NCBI GenBank assembly: GCA_036558345.1
Contig: DATBFV010000041.1
Coordinates: 2,289 to 66,288, forward strand
DNA: 64,000 bases
Reading direction: 5' to 3'
Source of the DNA: Gemmatimonadales bacterium
GTDB taxonomy: Bacteria; Gemmatimonadota; Gemmatimonadetes; Gemmatimonadales; GWC2-71-9
A program made the position numbers and the translations under genes. Below the pieces are notes generated by a model. The model made no database searches. It was not told where the DNA came from and was given only the letters and a program-made list of their open reading frames with translations. Shown piece by piece: positions 37,544-45,089 of this stretch (position 1 is the stretch's first letter; every line of letters starts with the position of its first letter).

Positions 37544-38218
37544 ATGGCCCGGATGACGGTGGACGCGTTCACGGGTCGCGTGGCTGAGGCAGCCGGTGCG
37601 CGCCTCGTCGCGCTGCTCCTCTACGGCTCTGCTGTTCGGGAGGCAGGCGCGGCGGCGGCGAGCCCCGAGCCGAACCCGATGAACACGCTGTTGATCGTCG
37701 AGAGCGTGGATGACGAGCTGTTTCAGCGGCTCAGCGGGCCGGTGAGAGACTGGCTGAGCGCCAAGCATCCGCCGCCCCTCGTGCTGACCGATCAGGAATG
37801 GCGCAATTCCGCCGACGCATTCCCGATCGAGTACGACGACATCCGGGCGCATCACCGCGTGCTCGCCGGCCGCGACCCCTGGCGCGGCATCAGCGTGCGG
37901 ACCGCGGACGTGCGCCGCCAACTCGAGCAGGAGCTCATGGGGAAACTCGTGCACCTGCGGCAGGCGTACGTGGCAGCCTGGAATCAGCCCAAGCGCCTCG
38001 CGGAGATCGTGCGCGACACGCGTGCGGGGTTGCTCACCATGTTGCGTGCGGTGCTGCGGTTGGCGGGCCGCACGCCGCCACCCGAGTCGGCGGCTCTGGT
38101 GCGTGAGGCGGCGGGGCTGATAGGATTCGCGTCGGACATCACCGAGCCGGCCGCGTACCTCGACGCGGTCACTCGTACGGCGGCATACGTGAACCGCATG
38201 GAAAGGAACGATTCGTGA
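37544..38218 (+). CDS. nucleotidyltransferase-fold-like protein, catalytic motif apparently degenerate
   Basis: The ATG at 37544 is 2 nt after the TPM stop. LVALLLYGSAVRE resembles the hG[GS] motif of pol-beta-type NTases. The position where [DE]x[DE] is expected reads NPMNTLLIV. GC3-rich frame. The function call is weak. Confidence 0.65.
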   Translation: MARMTVDAFTGRVAEAAGARLVALLLYGSAVREAGAAAASPEPNPMNTLLIVESVDDELFQRLSGPVRDWLSAKHPPPLVLTDQEWRNSADAFPIEYDDIRAHHRVLAGRDPWRGISVRTADVRRQLEQELMGKLVHLRQAYVAAWNQPKRLAEIVRDTRAGLLTMLRAVLRLAGRTPPPESAALVREAAGLIGFASDITEPAAYLDAVTRTAAYVNRMERNDS

Positions 38219-38796
38219 ACGTTCGGAGGTGGTACGTGGGACGTGGTGCGTGGCTTCCGGTGGCGTTGGCGCTCGTCACGGGCTGCGGCTACAACACGAT
38301 CCAGACGCTGGACGAAAAGGTGAACCAGGCGGAATCGCAGATCAAAGTGCAACTGCAGCGGCGCGCCGACCTCATTCCCAACCTGGTCGAGACGGTCAAG
38401 GGATATGCAAAGCAGGAGCAGACAATCTTCATTCAGGTTGCCGAAGCGCGCGCGAAGCTGGCGGGTGCCGTGCAGAGCGGGGACCTGCAGCAGATGGCGC
38501 AGGCGAACGCGGCGCTGACTGCCCCGTTGGGACGGTTGATCGCGATCGCGGAGAATTATCCGCAGCTCAAGTCGAACGAGAATTTCCGGGCGCTGCAGGA
38601 TCAGCTCGAGGGCACCGAGAACCGCATTGCGGTCGCCCGTCAGGACTACAACGAGAGTGTGAACTCGTACAACGCATACATACGCCGCTTCCCGCAGGTG
38701 ATCACTGCAAAGGTCCTCGGCAAGAAATCGCGCGAATACTTCGAGCTGCAAACCCCCGGCGCGGCCGCGGCGCCAAAGGTCGACTTCTCGCACTGA
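38215..38796 (+). CDS. LemA-family lipoprotein
   Basis: The GTG start forms a GTGA overlap with the upstream gene. Lipobox LALVTGC. LemA blocks are YNTIQTLDEKV, QLQRRADLIPNLVETVK, AENYPQLKS and RQDYNESVNSYN. Confidence 0.85.
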   Translation: MNVRRWYVGRGAWLPVALALVTGCGYNTIQTLDEKVNQAESQIKVQLQRRADLIPNLVETVKGYAKQEQTIFIQVAEARAKLAGAVQSGDLQQMAQANAALTAPLGRLIAIAENYPQLKSNENFRALQDQLEGTENRIAVARQDYNESVNSYNAYIRRFPQVITAKVLGKKSREYFELQTPGAAAAPKVDFSH

Positions 38797-38916
38797 GGCG
38801 ATGTGAGCGAGCAGCGTAACGGGTCAGCTCGCCTCGTGCTCGCCCGCTTGCCTATTGCGTCGTCGAAGTGAATGGTAAGAGAGCGCCCCCCGCGCCCAGG
38901 GAGGGGGTTGTTTACC

Positions 38917-39117
38917 GTGTCGCAGATTCATTGCCACTTCTGTGGAGGCATCATCCAGGACGCCGCGACGATCGATTACCGGCCGCCGCGCGCGAGTGCC
39001 CAGTATGCCATGCCCGAGGCGAGGCCCTGCAGCTGCGCTCGCCCCGTGGTTTACGAGCATCCGCCGATGCTCGGCGGTCCGGACGAGGACCAGACGCCGG
39101 ACGGCCAAGCCGCCTAA
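38917..39117 (+). CDS. small Cys4 (zinc-ribbon-like) hypothetical protein, 66 aa
   Basis: The GTG at 38917 lies 9 nt after GGGAGGGGG (38899-38907). This frame has clear GC3 bias, unlike the overlapping Arg-rich frames. Translation: MSQIHCHFCGG...RPCSCARP... (CxxC plus CxC). No family recognised. Confidence 0.4.
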   Translation: MSQIHCHFCGGIIQDAATIDYRPPRASAQYAMPEARPCSCARPVVYEHPPMLGGPDEDQTPDGQAA

Positions 39118-39123
39118 AAGAAC

Positions 39124-39153
39124 ACGGCGCCCCCTGTGAACAGGTGGCGCCGT
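39124..39153. terminator. bidirectional hairpin between the convergent small ORF and cspA
   Basis: ACGGCGCCCCCTGT-GA-ACAGGTGGCGCCGT forms a 14-bp stem with one mismatch. It lies between the stops at 39117 (+) and 39177 (-). There is no clear U-tract. Confidence 0.5.
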
Positions 39154-39176
39154 GCCGCATCAGGTGCCGTGGTGGC

Positions 39177-39386
39177 TTAGAGCTTGACGACGTTCTGCGC
39201 CGCGGGGCCCTTTTGGGCCTGCACGATTTCGAACTCGACGCGCTGGCCTTCGGTCAGCGACTTGAACCCCTCACCTTGAATCGCGGTGTGATGCACGAAG
39301 CAGTCCTTGCCGCCGTTTTCGGGTGTGATGAAACCAAAGCCCTTGGCGTCGTTGAACCACTTCACGGTACCAGTAATACGTGCCAT
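39177..39386 (-). CDS. cspA: cold-shock protein (CspA family)
   Basis: Trimmed to [36 protein letters not shown] (RNP1/RNP2 motifs). 69 aa. Confidence 0.95.
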   Translation of the reverse strand: MARITGTVKWFNDAKGFGFITPENGGKDCFVHHTAIQGEGFKSLTEGQRVEFEIVQAQKGPAAQNVVKL

Positions 39387-39567
39387 CTGTGTGTTGCTCC
39401 TAGCTAGGTGCGTTGAGCGGGGGAACGGCCTGCACCAGAAACGCGACGAGGACCCAGAGGCGAACAGCCCAGGTCCTCGTTCAAGTCCACTGGTCTTCAG
39501 CGCCACGGCACCGTGCCGTGGCCCCTTCGCTCGCCCGAACGATTATCAACGTGCACAGCGAAGTCAA
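39387..39567 (-). promoter_or_regulatory. cspA promoter candidate plus long structured 5' leader
   Basis: On the minus strand, TTGACT (39567-39562), a 16-nt spacer, then TAATCG (39545-39540). This would give a leader of about 145 nt. The leader contains a 21-nt palindrome GCCACGGCAC-C-GTGCCGTGGC (39502-39522) and a second 8-bp stem (CGAGGACC/GGTCCTCG). Pattern match only. Confidence 0.35.
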
Positions 39568-39600
39568 GCCTGTTCCTCGGTTGAATGAATACACGACCCG

Positions 39601-40362
39601 ATGCAACTTAGTCGCCCTATGCGATCCGCCTTGCCCGTCTTGTTACTCGCGGTACTCGGCGCCGGCTGTCGTCTGTTTCGCTCGCAGGATACGACGCCCG
39701 CCCGGACACCCCCGGACAGCGCGCGCAGCACGCGCCGCCAGCCGACCGTCGCGCGCGATACCGCGCTCGAGTCGCGCGCCGCACGGCTCGAGCTCAAGGT
39801 GCTCGAGCAGGACGCGCAGGTGACGCAGCTGCAAACCCGGCTCGATGACGCGCGGCGCGAGGTCGTCCGTACCATGGCCAAGCTGCAATCGCTTGCCACA
39901 CGTGCTGAGGCGGCATCGGGCATGGCGGAGGCGGAGATTGCACTGCAGGCCCTGCGAAGCTCAAACGGGGGGAGCAAGTCAAATACCTCTCCAGAATACG
40001 GGCAGGGGACCGCGCTGCTGCAACTCGCAACGACAGAGTTCGACCAGCAGAACTACGCGGGCGCGTTGTACCTCGCGACGGAGGCGAAGAATGCGGCGGC
40101 GGCTGGACAGGGACGCGTCTCGGGCGACGATCGCACGGCAACGCGCCAAGGCGAGGTGCCGTTTGCGCTACCGCTGCAGCTCCAGACCACCGGCCGCGCG
40201 AACGTGCGCGACGGGCCGGGCGCGAATTTCAAAGTGCTGTTCACGCTGGAGACGGGGGTTCCGATCGTCGCGTACTCGTACGTGGACCAATGGGTACGCG
40301 TCAAGGACAGCAACGACCGGCCCGGCTGGATTCACCAGAGCCTCATCGACCGGCGCGAGTAG
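39601..40362 (+). CDS. lipoprotein with coiled-coil region and C-terminal SH3-like domain
   Basis: Lipobox LAVLGAGC. A heptad-like region (RLELKVLEQDAQVTQLQTRLDDARREV). The C-terminal ANVRDGPGANFKVLFTLETGVPIVAYSYVDQWVRVKD..GWIHQSL resembles bacterial SH3. Confidence 0.8.
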   Translation: MQLSRPMRSALPVLLLAVLGAGCRLFRSQDTTPARTPPDSARSTRRQPTVARDTALESRAARLELKVLEQDAQVTQLQTRLDDARREVVRTMAKLQSLATRAEAASGMAEAEIALQALRSSNGGSKSNTSPEYGQGTALLQLATTEFDQQNYAGALYLATEAKNAAAAGQGRVSGDDRTATRQGEVPFALPLQLQTTGRANVRDGPGANFKVLFTLETGVPIVAYSYVDQWVRVKDSNDRPGWIHQSLIDRRE

Positions 40363-41973
40363 CTACTTCGCGGGGACTTTGGGTCGCGCCGCCGCGGTCA
40401 CGCGATCGCCGCCCGCGCGCTTGGCGAGGTAGAGCGCGGCATCGGCTTCGGCGATGAGCTGATCGGCGCCGTCGCCGTGCATGGGGAACGACGCCACTCC
40501 CAGGCTCAAGGTGATTTTTCCGTCCGGCAGACGCTCGCTTGCCAACTTCTTCCGAACCCGCTCTGCGAAGTGCGTCGCCCCGTCGAGCTCGGTCTCCGGC
40601 ATCATGATCAGGAATTCCTCACCGCCATAGCGCGCGACAAGGTCCACGTCGCGACTCGCTTCCCGCATGATCGTAGCCACCCGTTTCAGCACGACGTCGC
40701 CGGCCGGGTGGCCGAATTCATCGTTGTATTTCTTGAAGAGGTCCACGTCCGCCATCACGACCGAGAAGCGGTGGTGCAGGCGGCGCGAACGCCGCACTTC
40801 ATTCTCCAGCACTTCCATCATTCGCAAGCGATTAAAGAGGCCGGTCAACGGATCGGTGACGGACAGGCGCTCGAGCTCGGCGCGGCTTTCGCGCAGGCGC
40901 GCCACCATGTTGTTGAACACCTCCGTGAGATATCCGACTTCGCCCCCCGTCGTGACGCGCAGGCCGATGTCCAGATCGCCCTTGGCGACCTTGCCGGCTG
41001 CCTGCGTCAGGCGATCCAACGGGCGGACGATCAGCATGCTCAACAGATAGGCCAGCCCACCGAGCACCGCGAGCAGCAAGGTGACGACCGCCAGCGTAAC
41101 GTTGCGAAGCCGCGCGACCTGCGCAAACGCTTCGGCGGTCGGAATCTCCGACACGACGAGCCAATCGATGGCCGGGATGACGCGTGCACTTCCCAGGACA
41201 CGCTCGCCCGTGTAGCTGCCGAATTGGATCGCGCGTCCCTCCCGCGCGAGCAGCCGGTTGGCCGACGCCCGCGAGTAGCCTTGGCTCATCAGATCGCGCG
41301 AGCTGCCGCGTGAGCTCACGATGATCCGGCCCGCGCGGGTCATCAGATAGATCTGCCCCCCTTCACCCGGAACGAAGCGGCGCAGCGTGTCGGGGACGGT
41401 ATGCATGTTGACGCGCGAGGCGATCGCGCCGATCACGCGCGTTCCGCCGACGCTGCGACCCGCATGCCGGCCGGACTCGATCGGCACGGAGACGACGACC
41501 TCCGCATGAGTTCCGGTGGAATCCCAATAGGGGGCGCCGATGGCCCAGCCGTTGCGCGACAAATCCTTACCCCACTCCGGAGGCAGGGACACAGACCGCT
41601 CGGCGGTGGCGCTGGTCGCCACGACATGCCCATGGCGGTCGAGGACCATGAGCTCCGTGTAATCCGGGAAACGGTCGCGCACGGAGTTCACATAGTCGCG
41701 CAGCCGCCGGTAGTAGATCCCGGAGTGGACCGGCTCGCCGTTCACGAGCGGAATGCTCTCGAGGTTTTCGGTTACCTCATACGAGATCGAGAAGACGAGC
41801 AGGTCGTAGCGCAGCTGTTTGGCCCAGAGATCGACTTCGCGCACTGCTTGGGCGCTGAGGCCGAGCAGCTCCTCGGAGGCTTTCGCCTGCAGGGCGTGCT
41901 TGTTCTCGATGTAGGAAATCCAAACCGTCGTCAGCGATGATAACAACGTCGCGACGACGGCGAACATCAGCAT
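40363..41973 (-). CDS. diguanylate cyclase (periplasmic sensor, HAMP, GGDEF)
   Basis: N-terminal TM, a periplasmic region of about 270 aa, a second TM and a HAMP-like segment (PLDRLTQAAGKVAKGDLD). The GGDEF domain has the active site RYGGEEF and an RxxD I-site (RDVD) five residues upstream. Confidence 0.9.
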   Translation of the reverse strand: MLMFAVVATLLSSLTTVWISYIENKHALQAKASEELLGLSAQAVREVDLWAKQLRYDLLVFSISYEVTENLESIPLVNGEPVHSGIYYRRLRDYVNSVRDRFPDYTELMVLDRHGHVVATSATAERSVSLPPEWGKDLSRNGWAIGAPYWDSTGTHAEVVVSVPIESGRHAGRSVGGTRVIGAIASRVNMHTVPDTLRRFVPGEGGQIYLMTRAGRIIVSSRGSSRDLMSQGYSRASANRLLAREGRAIQFGSYTGERVLGSARVIPAIDWLVVSEIPTAEAFAQVARLRNVTLAVVTLLLAVLGGLAYLLSMLIVRPLDRLTQAAGKVAKGDLDIGLRVTTGGEVGYLTEVFNNMVARLRESRAELERLSVTDPLTGLFNRLRMMEVLENEVRRSRRLHHRFSVVMADVDLFKKYNDEFGHPAGDVVLKRVATIMREASRDVDLVARYGGEEFLIMMPETELDGATHFAERVRKKLASERLPDGKITLSLGVASFPMHGDGADQLIAEADAALYLAKRAGGDRVTAAARPKVPAK

Positions 41974-42163
41974 CTTGGTTCGGATGCTGCCGAACCGTAC
42001 CAGGCGCGGAAAACTCAGGGATCTGCCCCTTTCAAGGCTGCCACAAGATTGATGCCGGCCAGTTTATTGCAAGATGGCCGCGCTAACCGTAAGGCGAATC
42101 ACACGATCTGGCGCAGTTCCGGTCACGGAATCAGACTTGGGCGTCCCCACCCGGAGAGTCCTG

Positions 42164-43777
42164 ATGAATCCCTTGAGTCGGCGCTCTTTCCTCAAGTACG
42201 GTGTCGCTGCCACGCTCGTGCGTCCTCTCCCCCTGACCCCCTCTCCGCGTGCGGAGAGGGGGAACGGAGGTGAGGAGGACGACCTCGAAGAGCTCACCAT
42301 CGCTCAGCTGCAGGAGTCCATGCGCAGCGGCGCGCGCACCTCGCAGGCGATCTGCGCCGCCTACCTCGCGCGCATCGCTCAGCTCGATCCCAAACTGCAT
42401 TCGGTGATCGAGACGAACCCGGATGCGTTGTCAATTGCCGACCGCCTCGACGCCGACCGAAAAGCCGGCCGGGTGCGCGGTCCGCTCCATGGCATCCCCG
42501 TGCTGATCAAAGACAACATCGCGACGGTCGACCGCATGATGACCACCGCGGGGTCGCTGGCCCTCGTCGGTGCGCCCACCCCGCCGCGGGACGCCGCACT
42601 CGTCACGCGGCTCCGCGCCGCGGGAGCCGTGATCATTGGGAAGACGAATCTGTCGGAGTGGGCGAACATTCGCTCTAACCACTCCGTCTCGGGCTGGAGC
42701 GGTCGCGGTGGCCAGTGCCGCAACCCTTATGCACTCGATCGCAATCCGTGCGGCTCGAGCTCAGGAACCGGAGCCGCGATTGCGGCGAACTTTGCCACAG
42801 TTGGCGTCGGCACCGAGACCGATGGATCCATCGTCTGCCCGTCGAACGCGAATTCACTGGTGGGCTTGAAGCCGACGATCGGCCTCGTGAGCCGGTCCGG
42901 CGTCATCCCGATCGCGCACAGCCAGGACACGGCGGGACCGATGTGCCGTACCGTCGCCGATGCCGCAATCCTGCTCGGCGCGCTCGCCGGGACGGATGCG
43001 ACCGATCCGGCGACCGCGACGGCGCCCGCGAGCGTCCCGGACTACACCAAGGCGCTCGATCCTAACGGCCTGAAGGGCGCGCGCATCGGCGTGGCGCGTG
43101 CCGTGTTCGGCTCACCCGAAGGCGACCGGCTCGTGAACGTGGCGCTCGACGTACTAAAGGCTCAAGGCGCGGTCCTGGTCGACCCGATCGAGATTCCGCA
43201 CATGCGCGACTATGGCGATCAGGAATTCACGGTGCTGCTGTACGAGCTGAAGTCTGATCTGAACGCGTATCTCGCAGGACTCGGCGCGACCGCCAAAATG
43301 AAAACCCTGGCGGATGTGATTGCTTTCAACGACGCGCACAAAGACACAGAGATGCCGTATTTCGGTCAGGAGACGTTTATTCAGGCCCAGGATAAGGGGC
43401 CGCTTACTGACGATGCGTACATCGAGGCGCTCGCCCACTGCCGTCGTTTGTCGCGCACCGAAGGCGTTGACGTGGCGTTCGCGAAAGACAAGCTCGACGC
43501 TATCGTGGCGCCGACCGGCGGACCGGCGTGGTTGATCGATCTGGTCAACGGCGACTGCTCCGGCGCCGGCGGCAACTCGAGCATCGCAGCGGTGGCCGGC
43601 TATCCCACAATCACCGTGCCTGTCGGTTATTCCTATGGTTTGCCGGTGGGGATGTCGTTCATCGGGAAGCCGTGGACGGAGGCCACGCTGATCAAGCTCG
43701 CGTATGCGTACGAACAAGCTGCGAAACCGCGCAAGCCGCCGCGGTTCTTGCCGACCGCCGATCTCACAAAGAAATAG
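42164..43777 (+). CDS. Tat-exported amidase (amidase-signature family)
   Basis: Trimmed to MNPLSRRSFLKYGVAATLV, a textbook S-R-R-x-F-L-K twin-arginine motif, with GGAGAG upstream. AS-family blocks are GIPVLIKDNI and NPCGSSSGTGAAIA. Confidence 0.9.
   Translation: MNPLSRRSFLKYGVAATLVRPLPLTPSPRAERGNGGEEDDLEELTIAQLQESMRSGARTSQAICAAYLARIAQLDPKLHSVIETNPDALSIADRLDADRKAGRVRGPLHGIPVLIKDNIATVDRMMTTAGSLALVGAPTPPRDAALVTRLRAAGAVIIGKTNLSEWANIRSNHSVSGWSGRGGQCRNPYALDRNPCGSSSGTGAAIAANFATVGVGTETDGSIVCPSNANSLVGLKPTIGLVSRSGVIPIAHSQDTAGPMCRTVADAAILLGALAGTDATDPATATAPASVPDYTKALDPNGLKGARIGVARAVFGSPEGDRLVNVALDVLKAQGAVLVDPIEIPHMRDYGDQEFTVLLYELKSDLNAYLAGLGATAKMKTLADVIAFNDAHKDTEMPYFGQETFIQAQDKGPLTDDAYIEALAHCRRLSRTEGVDVAFAKDKLDAIVAPTGGPAWLIDLVNGDCSGAGGNSSIAAVAGYPTITVPVGYSYGLPVGMSFIGKPWTEATLIKLAYAYEQAAKPRKPPRFLPTADLTKK
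42222..42265 (+). repeat. REP-like palindromic element, copy 1 (inside the amidase CDS)
   Basis: GTCCTCTCCCCCTGA-CCCCCTCTCC-GCGTGC-GGAGAGGGGG-AAC. The hairpin CCCCCTCTCCGC/GCGGAGAGGGGG spans 42237-42262. The arms match the reverse complement of 43788-43830 at 37 of 38 positions. In the amidase frame it encodes RPLPLTPSPRAERGN. Confidence 0.8.
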
Positions 43778-43787
43778 TCATCCCATG

Positions 43788-43830
43788 GTTCCCCCTCTCC
43801 AGAATGGAGAGGGGGTCAGGGGGTGAGGAC
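43788..43830 (-). repeat. REP-like palindromic element, copy 2 (intergenic, probable bidirectional terminator)
   Basis: GTT-CCCCCTCTCC-AGAAT-GGAGAGGGGG-TCAGGGGGTGAGGAC. The 10-bp stem spans 43791-43815. The element fills the 52-nt gap between the amidase stop (43777) and the puuD-like stop (43830-43832). Confidence 0.8.
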
Positions 43831-45020
43831 TATCGCAGCGGCGCCCCGGCGGCGATCCAGCGACCCAGCAGCGCCCGTTCGTCTTCTGTGATGCCGGTTT
43901 TGTTCGCGAGCGGCATGGTCTTGGTTTCGACCGCGCGGATGCGAATGCGCTCGGCGAGCCGCACGATGTTCTCGGGTGTATCGAACGTCACGCCGCCCGG
44001 CGCTGGCCCAAGCGAGTGGTCGCTTTGATACTGCGAGTGGCAAGGCTGACAGCGCTGCGCGATCACGACGCGCACGGCGGCGAAACTCGGCACCTCCGCG
44101 GCCTCCCCCGTCACGGCCGCCGCCCGCGGCGTCGCGAAAAACACCGCGACGGCGAATGCCAGTCCCGCGGGCACCAGCGCCCAACGCGCGACCCGCGCGC
44201 GACCGATCATCGCATGTCGCACCGCCGCTCCGGCGACAAAAAGCAGGAACAGCACCAACCAGTTCAACGGACTCGCGTACGTCGCCGGGAAATGATTCGA
44301 CACCATGATGAACAGCAGCGGGAACGTCATGTAGCTGTTGTGCACGGAGCGCTGCTTCGCCCGCTCGCCCAGGGTAAAATCCGCCGGCCGGCCGGCCCGC
44401 GTGGCGTCGAGCATCTCCTGCTGCGCGGGAAGAATGCGCTGCCACACGTTCGCCACCATGATCGTACCCAGCAGCGCGCCCACGTGCATGAACGCGGCTC
44501 TGCCTGAGAAGAGCCGGCATGCAAGCAGCGTGACCGCGGCGAGGAGCACGAGCGAAATCGCACTCGCGATCGCCGGCTTCTTGGCAAGTGGAGAGCGCCA
44601 CAGGCCGTCGTACACGGGCCAACCGAGGACCACCATGGCAAGCCCCGAGGCGATCGCGGTACCGCGAGAAATCCGTGAGACACTCGGGTCCAACAGGTAG
44701 GCGCTACTCAGATAGAAGAGGAGAATCAGCAGCGCGATGCCCGTGAGCCAGGTCAGCATCGCTTCCCATTTGAACCAGTGCAGCACCGGAGGGATCTCAC
44801 CCGGTCCGGGACGACGCTTTTCGACCTGGTAGAACCCGCCGCTATGCACCATCCACAGATCGCCCTCGACTCCCGGTCTCGGTGTCTCAGGCTTGGCGAG
44901 GGCCCGATCCAGCCAAATGAAGTAGAAGGAGCTGCCGATCCAGGCGATACCGGCAATGAAGTGCGCCCAGCGCAGGAGCAGGTTTGCCCAATCACCTAGC
45001 CATCCGGTCATGGCGCCCAT
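43830..45020 (-). CDS. puuD: PuuD-like membrane urate hydroxylase with C-terminal cytochrome c domain
   Basis: GDWANLLLRWAHFIAGIAWIGSSFYFIWLDRAL, as I recall the PuuD N-terminus. Multiple TM segments. C-terminal heme-c motif CQPCHS. Confidence 0.75.
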   Translation of the reverse strand: MGAMTGWLGDWANLLLRWAHFIAGIAWIGSSFYFIWLDRALAKPETPRPGVEGDLWMVHSGGFYQVEKRRPGPGEIPPVLHWFKWEAMLTWLTGIALLILLFYLSSAYLLDPSVSRISRGTAIASGLAMVVLGWPVYDGLWRSPLAKKPAIASAISLVLLAAVTLLACRLFSGRAAFMHVGALLGTIMVANVWQRILPAQQEMLDATRAGRPADFTLGERAKQRSVHNSYMTFPLLFIMVSNHFPATYASPLNWLVLFLLFVAGAAVRHAMIGRARVARWALVPAGLAFAVAVFFATPRAAAVTGEAAEVPSFAAVRVVIAQRCQPCHSQYQSDHSLGPAPGGVTFDTPENIVRLAERIRIRAVETKTMPLANKTGITEDERALLGRWIAAGAPLR

Positions 45021-45089
45021 AATTCACCGTGAAACCGTGTGCGGCCAGTGCCCGTCAAGCAGGTGATCCGATCAAAAAGGTCCGTCTTC

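Noticed and set aside
38824-39407. ORFs 38868..39407 (+), 38942..39139 (+), 38824..39108 (-) and 38951..39160 (-), which overlap the small Cys4 ORF and cspA.
   Set aside because: All are Arg/Pro-rich frames without GC3 bias. One runs antisense through cspA. Only the 38917..39117 frame looks coding.
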